A stretch of 32,000 nucleotides of DNA from Candidatus Saccharimonadota bacterium. Its GTDB lineage: Bacteria > Patescibacteriota > Saccharimonadia > Saccharimonadales > UBA4665. Below, in pieces: positions 1 to 10,173 of the stretch. The stretch's first letter is position 1. The number at the start of each line of letters is the position of its first letter. The translations under genes and the position numbers were made by a program. The notes below the pieces were generated by a model, which was given only the letters and a program-made list of their open reading frames with translations, was not told the DNA's origin and ran no database searches. The DNA lies in contig CP064992.1 of assembly GCA_016699935.1 (NCBI GenBank), positions 1,194,309-1,226,308 of the forward strand, in the 5' to 3' direction.

Positions 1-785
1 TAATCCTTTAGGCTCATCCGTTTTTCGTCGCTTAAAAAAGCACCAGTACCAACACACAGCAAGATCTCGTGGGCGTCTTGGTCGGCATGTTTTAGGTAGT
101 GCGCATCACAGGTGAGAACGACGGATATATTGAGTTCTTTTGCCAGCTTAAACACGCCGTCGTTGACTCGCTTTTGTTCCGCGCTGTGCGACGGCGCATC
201 AGGATGGCCGTGGTCTTGAACCTCGAGATAGTAGCGGTCGTTAAATGTCTTTTGTACCAGCTAGCCACTTCTTTGCCTTAGCGTAATCATCGTTTTTCAG
301 CGCATCGCCAATCTCCCCGCCCATACAGGCACTTCATGGCAATGAGCCCTCGCCGTACTGCTCGAGAAGCTCATGGTCTATACGCGGAAAGTAGTAAAAC
401 CCGTCCAGATTAGCGATAGTGCTCAAGCGCATCAGGTTCTGGTAGCCCGTCTGGTTCATGGCAAGCAAGATGAGGTGGTAGCGGTTTTTATCTTCTGGGG
501 ATCCTTGTCCGTATGACGTCTTGAGGCGACGTATGTCTCTATGCCGATGATAGGCTTCACCTCTTGCCCGAGACACTCTTTATAAAACTCTATGGTGCCG
601 CTGAGGGTGCCATGATAGGTCATGCCTACGGCAGTCATACCTTGTTCTTTGACAAAGCTAACGAGCTCCGGGATCTTCGTCAAACCATCCAGCAAACTAT
701 ACTGCGTATGATTATGCAGGTGCACATAGTCTGTTACCGACACAGAAGCAGGCTTTGATACAGCTTTAGCTTTCTTCTCAGACAT
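1..785 (-). CDS. dnaE: DNA polymerase III alpha subunit, N-terminal PHP-domain part. The gene runs off the window start and the frame is broken at least 3 times (about 260, 334 and 480-520).
   Basis: Translated pieces read VHLHNHTQYSLLDGLTKIPELVSFVKEQGMTAVG, KNRYHLILLAMNQTGYQNLMRLS and NDRYYLEVQDHGHPD, which are PHP-domain motifs of DnaE. The ATG at 785 is preceded by GAGG. Confidence 0.85.
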
Positions 786-988
786 ATACCTCACAAGTTG
801 TCATACTTAGCGAAGCCATTGCATCATCCTCTTTTTTTAGAGGATCCTTCACTTCATTCAGGATGACAGCATCCCTTCATTACTCCATACAATTATATCG
901 TAAACTGCGTCATCCCGTCAGAAACACTTTTACAACAGTGCGCTTCAAAGAAACGATAGTCGTCTGATGCGGCTTATTGTTTCGGGGT

Positions 989-1404
989 TTATTTCTTCAA
1001 ATAGTTGCGGAGATTTTCTACGGCTTTAGTGGCCTCAGCGATGGCTTTTTTGAGGTCTTTGTCTTCGGCTTCACCGTCGTGAAGGCTTGAAAGCATTTCT
1101 CGGGCTTTGTCTTTGGCTTTCTGGCCTTTGCTGACTGCTTCATCGAGCGATTTTTTGCCTTTGCCTCTTAGCTCACTAATTTTGTCTCCAGCTTCAGTCA
1201 GCGCCTCACCTAACTCGGTATGGAGTTTTTTGAGTTCTTTTTCAGCGGCAGCGTACGTTTCAACCGCTTTATCTTTGATATCTTCGCGCGTTTCTTTGCC
1301 ACTTTTTGTGCCGTCAAAATTCCGGCGATATACCCGGCAACTGCACTGATGGCCGCTCCAATGGCTAGTTTCTTTGCTACGTTTGGTTTGTCGGCTTTCG
1401 ACAT
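989..1404 (-). CDS. YtxH-like small stress or membrane-associated protein, with one frameshift near 1210
   Basis: The N-terminus MSKADKPNVAKKLAIGAAISAVAGYIAGILTA is a YtxH-type hydrophobic start. The tail, in a second frame, is charged and helical (...DKDLKKAIAEATKAVENLRNYLKK) and ends at the TAA at 989-991. Confidence 0.5.
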
Positions 1405-1407
1405 CTG

Positions 1408-1659
1408 CTATCTCCTCCTATGTTTACTTGCTGTTGTGACGAACTTCATAACCATACGCAGTAAACCAACGGCACCGGCATTTTTCGCAAATGTTTCACC
1501 AATCTCCTCTACTCGATCGACAATGGCACCACCTTTGGTAGCTACCTCTCGGAGCGATTTCACGAGTTTGAGCGTAAGTACGGCGATACATATACTAAGA
1601 ACCAGTAATATTGCGAGGAGTACACTGAGGATAATGACTAGAATTTCAAATGCGTCCAT
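1408..1659 (-). CDS. DUF948-like small membrane protein (N-terminal TM helix)
   Basis: Intact 83-aa ORF with the TM segment ILVIILSVLLAILLVLSICIAVL followed by a helical tail. It sits 4 nt upstream of the YtxH-like gene, and DUF948/YtxH is a common pairing. Confidence 0.5.
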   Translation of the reverse strand: MDAFEILVIILSVLLAILLVLSICIAVLTLKLVKSLREVATKGGAIVDRVEEIGETFAKNAGAVGLLRMVMKFVTTASKHRRR

Positions 1660-1704
1660 ACGTGTACTATATCACTATTTTAGCCAGACAAACAGTCAGA
1701 CAGT

Positions 1705-2605
1705 TTACAATTCCTTCAGGAGTTTCTCGACATGCGCCCGGAAAGTAGACCCAAGCTCTTTGTGGCGCAAGGCAAATTCGACGACAGTCATGAGGTACTC
1801 GAGTTTGTCGCCTGTGTCATACCGACGGCTATTTTGCATGACGCAACCGAAAAATTTATGACCATCTTTGAGCATAGGGTCAACCAAACTGGTAGCCACA
1901 TAGAATTCTTCACCTACCGGCAGTGATGCAATACCGTTTTCGATGTATTTCAAAACCGATGGCTCAAATAAATAGCTACTCACCTGCGCATAGTTCGACG
2001 GTGCCTTTTCGCGGCCGGGCTTTTCTACCATACCCGACATTCGCAAAACATCATCACGAATTTCTGCCGGCGAGTATACCATAGCGGTCAAATTCTTTAT
2101 CGGTATGGACTTTCATGCAAGTCGCTATGCTACCACCTAGCTCATTGTAGAGGTTTACCATTTGCGTAAATGTGTTCGGCTCCGACACCACCAGGTCATC
2201 GGCATACACAAATATGAACGGTTCATCACCTATGAGATGCGCGGCATTGGCTATAGGCGTGGCATTACCATACGGACCTTTTTGGCGCACATAAATGAAG
2301 TTCGCCATGTTCGCCAGGTCTTCCATCTGCTGGATGTAGTGGGCTTTTTGGGACCACCGGCGCGAATATTCACCAGCAAGTCTTCATTTGGCACATCGAA
2401 GTGGTCTTCTATGGCACGCTTGCTGCTGCTCCCGACTATGATAATGTCCTTTATGCCTGCTGCTACCAGATCTTCGACGGCATACTGGATGATGGGCTTA
2501 TCGATAAGTGGTAGCATTTCCTTGGGCATAGCCTTGGTTTGCGGTAAGAAGCGAGTCCCAAACCCTGCTGCTGCGATAACTGCCTTCGTAACTGCCTTCT
2601 GCCAT
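1705..2605 (-). CDS. galU: UTP--glucose-1-phosphate uridylyltransferase, with the frame broken about 3 times
   Basis: [51 protein letters not shown] is the GalU N-terminal signature. Later pieces are 2054-2326 and 1705-2091. GGAGG lies 5 nt upstream of the ATG at 2605, and the first codons are out of frame with the conserved part. Confidence 0.85.
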
Positions 2606-2641
2606 ATATGCCTCCGATTTAGATTGACTCTTATTATATAC

Positions 2642-4093
2642 CTAATTGCTTTTTGATAAGCTGCGCTGCGAGCGCGGGTTCGCCTTGCCCTGAGATTGTT
2701 TCATGACTTGACCAACCAAGAAACCAATGGCTTTCATTTCGCCACCTTGCACATCACCTGCCGCCTTGGGATTCTCTGCTAAAACTTGCTTCACGATTTC
2801 AGCAATGGCTCCTTCGTCGCTGACTTGCATTAAGTTTTTCTCTCCAGCAATTTTGGTAGGGTCCTCACCAGTTTTGAGCATGGTATCGAGCACTTCTTTG
2901 GCTGCTGTTGAACTGAGCATATTATCTGCAACCATTTGGCTCAGAGCGATAAGATTTTTCACCTGGGATGATGTTTTTACCTCTTTTGCCTCAACTTCAT
3001 CCGCATCATCACTGCCGTCCGATTGCGGCTTTAGTAGCCAAAAAGCGGCGCGCTTAGCGTGAGCAGAACCAGCATCGTCGTACACTTCACCAACGAGCTT
3101 TGCTGTCGCAGGTTCCGCGACAACGTCTTCGACCGTTTTGGCATCGAGTCCCATGGCAGCGAATTTCTCGCGGTAGGCATCTGGTAGCTCGGGCATGTTT
3201 GCCGCGATGTTTGCCACATACTCGTCGCTGAGGACGATCGGTGGGATATCTGGGTCGGGCATGTAACGGTATTCGTAGGAGTCTTCTTTGCTGCGCTGAC
3301 TGAAAGTCTTTTGGCCGGCGTCATCCCAACCGCGCGTTTCCTGTACAACCGTCTCTCCCTGTTCCAGCAAGCCGATTTGGCGCTCCACCTCGTACTCAAC
3401 AGCACGTTCTACGCTCCGGAAACTATTCAGGTTCTTGGTTTCGGTGCGCTTGCCGAGTTCGGCCGTTTTACTGACGCTGACATTGACATCGAAGCGCATA
3501 TTGCCATAGTAAAGGTTTGCATCTGAGACTTCGGCGTAGCGCATCCGCAGGTACAGCTCACGTGCGTAGCCCTTGGCTTCGGCGGCACTGTGCATGTCGG
3601 GTTCGCTCACGATTTCAAGCAGTGGTGTCCCAGCTCGGTTCAGATCTACCAGGCTGTAATCGGCACCCGCCGGATGAGTCGATTTGCCGGCATCTGCCTC
3701 CATATGCGCTTCATGGATGCGAACTGTCTTGGATTCGCCGTCCAGCGTAAACGTTACTGAGCCGTCTTTGATAATCGGGTCATAGAATTGCGTAATCTGG
3801 TAGCCAAGCGGCAAGTCTGGGTAGAAGTAGTGCTTTCGGTCAAATTTACTAAACCGCTGCGGCTCTGTCCCAAGCGCAAAGGCTGCCTGGCTGGCAAGTT
3901 CAACCGCTTTTTCGTTCAGCACTGGTAATGCCCCCGGCAAGCCAAAATCTATATGATTCACGAGTGTGTTTGGCACGGCCTCTCTGGCATCATTGTCTGC
4001 TCCACTAAACAGCTTTGTCTTTGTTTTTAGCTGCACATGACACTCTATGCCGACGGTAACGGTGTACTGGGAGCGGATATCATCGGATATCAT
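2642..4093 (-). CDS. gatB: Asp/Glu-tRNA(Asn/Gln) amidotransferase subunit B
   Basis: Intact 483-aa ORF containing [26 protein letters not shown] and a C-terminal GatB/YqeY-like tail. Confidence 0.95.
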   Translation of the reverse strand: MISDDIRSQYTVTVGIECHVQLKTKTKLFSGADNDAREAVPNTLVNHIDFGLPGALPVLNEKAVELASQAAFALGTEPQRFSKFDRKHYFYPDLPLGYQITQFYDPIIKDGSVTFTLDGESKTVRIHEAHMEADAGKSTHPAGADYSLVDLNRAGTPLLEIVSEPDMHSAAEAKGYARELYLRMRYAEVSDANLYYGNMRFDVNVSVSKTAELGKRTETKNLNSFRSVERAVEYEVERQIGLLEQGETVVQETRGWDDAGQKTFSQRSKEDSYEYRYMPDPDIPPIVLSDEYVANIAANMPELPDAYREKFAAMGLDAKTVEDVVAEPATAKLVGEVYDDAGSAHAKRAAFWLLKPQSDGSDDADEVEAKEVKTSSQVKNLIALSQMVADNMLSSTAAKEVLDTMLKTGEDPTKIAGEKNLMQVSDEGAIAEIVKQVLAENPKAAGDVQGGEMKAIGFLVGQVMKQSQGKANPRSQRSLSKSN

Positions 4094-4116
4094 AAACTCT
4101 ACCTTCTGTTACATTT

Positions 4117-4192
4117 GAGAATGAGGTATGACGAATGATGAATGACGTATTTGGAATGTTATACACCACTCTCCATTCACCATTCATCATAC
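4117..4192. repeat. Intercistronic hairpin with 7-nt periodicity (unit ..RAATG) between the membrane ORF and gatB
   Basis: The left arm reads gagAATG aggTATG acgAATG atgAATG. ATGATGAATG (4135-4144) pairs perfectly with CATTCATCAT (4181-4190). The loop contains TACACC. Confidence 0.7.
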
Positions 4193-4201
4193 TTGCCTGT
4201 C

Positions 4202-4621
4202 TCATAGTGCTCCCAAGTCCTTCAATGCCGATTTTATCCCAAGCAATGCGTCTTTCACGTCGCGCTCACGAAGTTTAATGTCGCTTTCGTGAACAAGCTT
4301 ATTACGGAGCTTGTGACCAAACCAGACTTCATCGTTATATTTTATTTCGCGCTGCGCCGCAACAAGCCGTTCGCCCATGGTTTTTCCCTTAAAACGGCGG
4401 TCTTTCAGCGCCTTATCAAGGAGCTTGTCGGCGTCGATGATAGCGAGTGGCCACGTGGCAGTATCCTTCAAGAGCTTTTGTAGTTCTTTCCACTTCTGTT
4501 CGTAATACGCCATGTTCATTTTCCGACCGCGACGGGAAATAACCCCCGCGACGATAACCAACAGAGCCATGAGCAGACCGGCGCCCACCGCGAGAACAGT
4601 TGAATTCATCATATCGTTCAC
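4202..4621 (-). CDS. Hypothetical membrane-anchored protein inserted between gatA and gatB. It carries an R-x4-H (HEPN/DUF4145-like) motif.
   Basis: Intact 139-aa ORF with the N-terminal TM helix VLAVGAGLLMALLVIVAGVI and the C-terminal segment WFGHKLRNKLVHE. Its start overlaps the gatA stop (GTGA at 4618-4621). Confidence 0.6.
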   Translation of the reverse strand: MNDMMNSTVLAVGAGLLMALLVIVAGVISRRGRKMNMAYYEQKWKELQKLLKDTATWPLAIIDADKLLDKALKDRRFKGKTMGERLVAAQREIKYNDEVWFGHKLRNKLVHESDIKLRERDVKDALLGIKSALKDLGAL

Positions 4622-6050
4622 TTCAGTACTCCTTCGGTGGTGGCGGCAAATGCCAACAGCTCACGGTCACGTCGTTGCGGGGCGATGATTTGCAAACCTA
4701 TAGGCATACCCGTTTGCGCACTCAGAGCTGCTGGAATACTTATGGCCGGAACGCCCACCAGCGCCGGAGCAACGGTCATCATATCGACCAGGTACATTTT
4801 GAGGGGTCGTCGGCATTTTCACCTATCTTAAAAGCGGCATTTGGCGCTACTGGACCAATGAGGAAATCGTACTGCTCTAGCGCGTCGTTGAATTCGTTGA
4901 TCAGCTTGGTTCGGACAGTCTGTGCCTGTTTGTAGTAGGCGTCGTAGTAGCCACTACTGAGAACGTAGGTGCCTATCATAATTCGCCGCTTGGCCTCGCG
5001 GCCAAAGCCTTTAGCGCGAGACTGGGTATAGCTCTCGAACAAATCTGTACCGCTCTGGTCGCTAAATTGATAGCGCTGGCCGTCGTGCCGCGCAAGATTA
5101 CTGCTTACTTCAGCAGGGATAAGTATGTAGTAGACAGCCAAGGAGAGTGGCAGGCTCGGTATACTGACCTCTTCCACGACCACGCTCCGGCAGCTGTGAG
5201 CTTATGGACAGCCTGCTCTACCGATGTTCGGACGTCGTCGTCCAGGCCTTCACCCATCCATTCTTTGATGATTCCGACTTTGGTAGCTGGAAGGTGGAAG
5301 GTAGTAGGTGGAAGGTAGTAGCCTTCTGGATCGCGGTCTATAGTGGTGCTGTCTAGTTCATCTTTACCGGCATATACGTCAAACACGTACGCTGTGTCTT
5401 CTACAGTCATTGCCAATGGTCCAATGGTGTCTGTACTGCTCGCCATGGCGACAACACCACTACGCGAAGTCAGCCCGTAGGTCGGACGTAGTCCTACGCA
5501 TCCAACGTAACTGGCGGGTTGGCGAATAGACCCACCGGTGTCTGTTCCGATGGCAAAAGGCGCCATCTCAAGCACCACGGCCGCCGCAGGACCACCAGAT
5601 GATCCGCCTGGCACGCGGGTTTTATCATGTGGATTTTTGTGACAAAAAGTCAGAGTTTTCGGTGCTAGCACCATGACCAAAGGCATCTTGGTTGGCTTTG
5701 GCCACACAAATAGCGCCCTCAGCCTCAAGCCGATTTATAACGGTTGACTGATACGGTGGCACAAAACCTTTCAGGATGTTACTTGCCGCCGTCGCTTCCA
5801 CGCCCATGACAAGCAAATTGTCTTTGGCTATGAACGGCACGCCAGCTAACCGCCCTGCGTTTACCCCATTTGCCACTTTCTCATCTATAGCTTTCGCCCG
5901 GGACCGCGCCGAATCGGCCAGTGTCGATATGATAGCCTGGTAGTCTTTGTGCTGTTCGATAGCGGCCAGGCTTTGTTCAACCAGATCAACCGCCTTGACT
6001 CGCCCAGACTGAACATCATCTGCCAGTTGGGCAATCGGCTTCCACTTCAT
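4618..6050 (-). CDS. gatA: Glu-tRNA(Gln) amidotransferase subunit A, with the frame broken about 3 times
   Basis: Amidase signature [35 protein letters not shown]. The pieces are 5625-6050, 5105-5728 and 4779-5183, plus the tail ...[18 protein letters not shown]...GVLK ending at the TGA at 4618-4620. Confidence 0.9.
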
Positions 6051-6074
6051 CCGTGTAGTCTCCGACTAGCGCAC

Positions 6075-6163
6075 AGAGATAAGAGATGGGAGATAAGAGA
6101 TAAGAAAGTAACACCATCGTACGAAACTTGACTCTTAACTCTTAACTCATATCTCTTATCTCT
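6075..6163. repeat. Long intercistronic hairpin built from AGAGATA/AGAGTTA heptads, between gatC and gatA
   Basis: AGAGATAAGAGAT (6075-6087) pairs perfectly with ATCTCTTATCTCT (6151-6163). The inner arms GGGAGATAAGAGATAAGA and TCTTAACTCTTAACTC pair with a few mismatches. The loop contains GTAACACCATCG. Confidence 0.85.
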
Positions 6164-6165
6164 CA

Positions 6166-6459
6166 TTACCCGATCATCCTCTTCACCCTCAGCATGTTTT
6201 TTTCCACCTTTGGGACGATCTGCAGCAGCTTTTCAGCTGTGTAGCCGTAGTCGATTACTTCATCTTTGCGCATGACGTTGGTAAGCCCAGTGACTTGATT
6301 AGTTGGCTCCAGGCCGCTTACATCGACAGAGGAGAGCTGCTCAACATAGCCCAAAATAGCACTCAGCTCAGTCGCAAACGAGTCAACTTCATCATCCGAC
6401 AAAGAAATCCGTGCAAGCACGGCCAACTTTAAGACATCTTCACGAGAGAGCTTCGTCAT
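6166..6459 (-). CDS. gatC: Asp/Glu-tRNA amidotransferase subunit C
   Basis: Intact 97-aa ORF with a GatC-like sequence (LSREDVLKLAVLARISLSDDEV...). It is the first gene of the gatCAB arrangement. TTGTTA-18-TATAGT lies upstream on the minus strand. Confidence 0.9.
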   Translation of the reverse strand: MTKLSREDVLKLAVLARISLSDDEVDSFATELSAILGYVEQLSSVDVSGLEPTNQVTGLTNVMRKDEVIDYGYTAEKLLQIVPKVEKNMLRVKRMIG

Positions 6460-6668
6460 TAATACTACCTACTATACGTGATATGACCCCTTTATAACAA
6501 GTTATGAAATGCCTTTTCGTTACCATTTTTGCTACATAATCCGAGCTCAGCATACCTTGACGAGCTCATAAGCGAAAAACCCATTTTGCTTCGGCAGCCC
6601 CGGAACGTGCGCAGCATCAGGCATAGCCCAACCCAGAAGATTCCCTTATGACTCGCTCGCAGAAAACA

Positions 6669-6685
6669 AAAAGGCCTGACCTTTT
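6669..6685 (-). terminator. Weak intrinsic terminator candidate just downstream of the orphan uvrB 3' fragment
   Basis: On the minus strand, AAAAGG-tcagg-CCTTTT is followed by TGTTTTCT. The stem is short and AT-rich. Confidence 0.35.
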
Positions 6686-6707
6686 GTAGCCTTATGAATT
6701 GCCAATT

Positions 6708-6780
6708 TACATCTTGGCTTTGATGTCGGCTATGAGGTCGCGGAGTTCGGCGGCTGTTTCGAATTGAAGGTTGGCAGTGG
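6708..6780 (-). pseudogene. Orphan duplicate of the last ~24 codons of uvrB (...[23 protein letters not shown])
   Basis: 69 of 73 nt are identical to 7419-7491, the true uvrB 3' end. It has its own TAA stop. Two of the four differences are synonymous third-position changes (CTC/CTT and CAG/CAA). Confidence 0.85.
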
Positions 6781-6815
6781 AATCATCCGGAGGACTATAA
6801 ATATTGGTCAGGGTA

Positions 6816-6844
6816 TTGACAAAATATATGAAGTTTTATATACT
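6816..6844 (+). promoter_or_regulatory. Sigma70-type promoter of the toxin-antitoxin operon. The start codon lies 7 nt after the -10 box, so the mRNA is probably leaderless.
   Basis: TTGACA (6816-6821), a 17-nt spacer, TATACT (6839-6844), then ttagcat and the ATG at 6852. There is no Shine-Dalgarno sequence. Confidence 0.6.
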
Positions 6845-6851
6845 TTAGCAT

Positions 6852-7139
6852 ATGAATAACTTAGATAAAACAACGATAAACGTGAAGCTCAGCAAGCAAC
6901 TTAAACAAGACGCTCAGGCGCTGGCAGACGAATTGGGCATTCCGCTCAGCACAGTAATGGTCGCGAATCTTAATGAATTTGTTCGCAGTCGTTCGCTCGT
7001 ACTCTCGGCTCTACCGCGTCTCAACCCTGAGATTGAGTCAGAACTCCAGGAAGCCATGACCGACTATCAATCTGGCCAGGAAATCTCCCCAGTCCTCGGA
7101 AGTAAAAAAGCTATTGCTGACCATTTTCTCGCCCTATGA
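6852..7139 (+). CDS. RelB/DinJ-family type II antitoxin
   Basis: Intact 95-aa ORF. TINVKLSKQLKQDAQALADELGIPLSTVMVANLNEFV is a DinJ-like ribbon-helix-helix N-terminus. It overlaps the toxin gene by 4 bp (ATGA). Confidence 0.85.
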   Translation: MNNLDKTTINVKLSKQLKQDAQALADELGIPLSTVMVANLNEFVRSRSLVLSALPRLNPEIESELQEAMTDYQSGQEISPVLGSKKAIADHFLAL

Positions 7140-7396
7140 ATATTGTTGTTCACCGTCGATTTGATAAAATGTTCGCAAAATTGCCCGCAGCCACGCGTAA
7201 CAAAGCAATTATGAGATTACAACTATTTGCCCAAGATCCACTATCTCCCAGACTCCGTAATCACGCACTTCACACACCTTACAAGGGGTGCTATAGCATA
7301 GACATTACAGGTGATATCAGAGCCATCTACTACCTAGTAGATGACGCAACAGCGTTGTTTACTCATATAGGTACTCACAGCCAGTTATATCGTTAG
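7136..7396 (+). CDS. RelE/YafQ-family type II toxin (mRNA interferase)
   Basis: Intact 86-aa ORF. LRNHALHTPYKGCYSIDITGDIRAIYYLVDDATALFTHIGTHSQLY follows the YafQ/RelE pattern (H.L.G..KG...I..D.R.IY......F..IGTHS.LY). Confidence 0.85.
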   Translation: MNIVVHRRFDKMFAKLPAATRNKAIMRLQLFAQDPLSPRLRNHALHTPYKGCYSIDITGDIRAIYYLVDDATALFTHIGTHSQLYR

Positions 7397-7417
7397 ATTT
7401 CTTCATGCACCGCTAAG

Positions 7418-9380
7418 CTACATCTTGGCTTTGATGTCGGCTATGAGGTCGCGGAGTTCGGCGGCTGTTTCGAACTGGAGGTTGGCGGCGGCTAGTTCCA
7501 TTTGACCTGTCAAGTCTTTGACTAGGCTCTTGTATTCGTCTTTTGGAATCTTTTTCAGATTTAGTTTGGCACGCTTGGCTTCCTCTGGTAGATCGGTATT
7601 CAAACGAGCCTCGACTGCCCTCGTTATACCGGTAGCCGTTATGCCATGTTCAGTGTTGTAGATTTCCTGTATGCTGCGGCGACGATTCGTTTCATCTATG
7701 GTGCGACGCATGCTGTCGGTGGTGCGATCGGCGTACATTATAACTCGACCTTTTTCGTGGCGGGCAGCACGTCCAACCGTTTGTATGAGGGCTTGCTCGC
7801 TACGCAAAAATCCTTCTTTGTCAGCGTCAAGTATGGCTACCAGCGATACTTCAGGCAGGTCAAGCCCTTCGCGCAATAGGTTTATACCAACGAGCACATC
7901 GTACACGCCAAGACGAAGGTCGCGTAGTATATCGGTGCGATCGAGCGTGTCAACATCGCTATGTAAATAAGCTACCTTGATGTTTAGGTCTTGCAGATAT
8001 TCGGTCAGATCTTCGCTCATACGCTTTGTAAGTGTCGTGACCAGTACCCGCTCGCCCTTGGCAGTAGTGTCGCGTATTTCGGCAAGTAGGTCGTCTATTT
8101 GGCCCTCAATCCTGCGTACTTCAATCTTTGGATCGAGCAAACCTGTCGGGCGAATCACCTGCTGTACTGGCTCTGGGCTGCGACTTAGTTCGTATTGCGC
8201 TGGTGTAGCGCTGACATATACCACTTGGTTGACATGACGCTCAAACTCGTTGAAATTGAGCGGTCGGTTGTCTAGTGCGCTGGGTAGCCGAAAGCCGTGT
8301 TCGACCAGTACTTCCTTGCGTGCTCTGTCGCCGTTATACATCCCACGAACTTGTGGTATGGTCATATGGCTTTCGTCGACAAGTAGCAAATAATCGTCCG
8401 GGAAATAATCAAGCAAGGTGGCGGGCTGTTCTCCTGGCTCGCGGTTCGTTAGGTAGCGACTGTAGTTTTCGATACCCTTTACGAAGCCCGTTTCCTCAAG
8501 CATTTCTAGGTCAAATCTAGTGCGCTGCGCCAAACGTTGGGCTTCCAGCAGCTTATTTTCCTTCTTAAACAACGCCAATCTATCAGCCAGCTCGTGTTCA
8601 ATACTGCCCAGTGCAACCTTTAGCTTATCCTGAGGAGTTACATAGTGACTGCTGGGAAATATTTTGTAACTTTCCAGTGTGGTCATTATTTCACCGGTCA
8701 ATGGGTCGATTTTGGTTATTCGTTCCACCTCATCGCCAAACATTTCGATACGGTAAGCCCATTCCTCTCCGGCCGGGTAGACATCTATGACATCACCTCG
8801 GACACGGAAAGTACCTCTGTGGAAGTCCACGTCATTTCGCTGGTACTGGATGTCTGTTAGCTGTCGCAGCAGCTTATCGCGCACCCGCCTTTCACCTCGA
8901 ACCACTTCGACCGAAAGCCCATTATAGTCATCGACTGAACCTATGCCATATATACAGCTCACACTGGCCACAATGAGCACATCTTTGCGGCTGAGCAGCG
9001 CATCTGTCGCCGCATGGCGCATACGATCGATTTCTTCGTTTATGGCACTATCTTTTTCTATGTAGGTGTCGCTACGGGCAATATAGGCTTCTGGCTGATA
9101 ATAGTCGAAGTAGCTTACAAAATAGTGCACGGCATTATCTGGGAAAAATGTTTGAATTCACCATACAGCTGTGCTGCTAGCGTTTTATTGTGACTGAGTA
9201 CCAAAGTCGGCTTTTGTACATTCTGCACAAGATTTGCCATAGTAAACGTCTTGCCACTGCCTGTCACACCCAGCAAGGTCTGCTCTTTCACCCCGTTTTT
9301 AGCCCGTCTGTCAGTAGCCGAATCGCCTCCGGCTGATCTCCCTGGGGCGTATAGTCACTTTGTAGCTGAAACTTAGACAT
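7418..9380 (-). CDS. uvrB: Excinuclease ABC subunit B, with two frameshifts in the first ~85 codons
   Basis: The 570-aa main ORF reads [14 protein letters not shown]... with the C-terminal UVR motif [15 protein letters not shown]. The N-terminal pieces read [20 protein letters not shown] and [14 protein letters not shown] (Walker A). The breaks fall in runs at 9144-9148 and 9296-9300. Confidence 0.95.
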
Positions 9381-9404
9381 CTATATATTGTACCGCAGAA
9401 CTCA

Positions 9405-9994
9405 CTACTCGGCTGCTTCTATTGTTTGCAGGCTTTGGCTAAAGGCTTTAAAGGCAGTTTCTACCTCATTTTGGACAGATGCAATTTGGCTACAATATGC
9501 TTGTGGGTGATCAACGACGTAGTAATAATCTCCGACCTTATTTGCCGTACCACGACTTTGCGTGTAAGGTACCCCACTCATTTCGTCTATTTCACCAGCT
9601 TTATACCTGAAGATTGCTGCCACAGATGTTTTATCTGCAGCGCATTCTGTTGACGTATACTTGTCGAGTGAAAGATATACCGCGCTTGGATTCTTGGCGT
9701 TAAAGATATAATACGCACCGACAATTTCCGGAGACAATGCTACCTTGACTCCCCACTCTGTAAAGTTTAAATATTTTGCATCATTAGTTTTTCCGACCCA
9801 ATGTTTTCAGATGACTTGGATTTGCTGGTAGCGGCAGTTTTTGTTTGTACTATAGCTGTCTCACTATAAATATCTTCCGTTTCACTTTTCGCATTCAAAA
9901 CAAACCATGCAGTAAACCCTACGAGACTAATGATAATGATGATCAAAAGTGGTTTCAAAACACCAAATTTATTTTGTTGTCTTGCCTTCACCAT
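9405..9994 (-). CDS. Hypothetical membrane-anchored or secreted protein, with one frameshift at the run 9774-9777
   Basis: The N-terminal TM anchor is LKPLLIIIIISLVGFTAWFVL. ORFs 9767-9994 and 9405-9737 join if CAAAATATT is read as CAAAAATATT. Confidence 0.5.
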
Positions 9995-10173
9995 TGCCCC
10001 TATCTAAAAGAAATGCATTAGATTCTTGCCACCCTCATTTTACTCCCTTTACTTTCTAAATAACACGAGTTCAAAGTACGAAATTCGAAAATAATACGTA
10101 TTACATGTAACCATCCACGAACGACTAAAGGGACTGTTTCAAATTTAAGCGTAAGCAAGTACAATAGACATAC

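Noticed and set aside
826-874. Hairpins ATCCTCT-T6-AGAGGAT (826-845) and GGATG-acag-CATCC (861-874) as members of the heptad-repeat family or as a terminator
   Set aside because: They show no 7-nt periodicity and have no U-tract on the transcribed (minus) strand after the stem. They lie 150 nt from the YtxH-like stop. They are too short and AT-rich to call.
1220-1861. A 213-aa plus-strand ORF, with similar long ORFs at 2162-2656 (+), 10018-10548 (-), 12304-12777 (+) and 13065-13601 (+)
   Set aside because: All lie antisense to genes with clear homology-type motifs (YtxH/DUF948/galU, LOG, pfkB kinase). They have low-complexity Ser/Phe/Arg-rich composition and lack RBS or promoter context. They are shadow ORFs.
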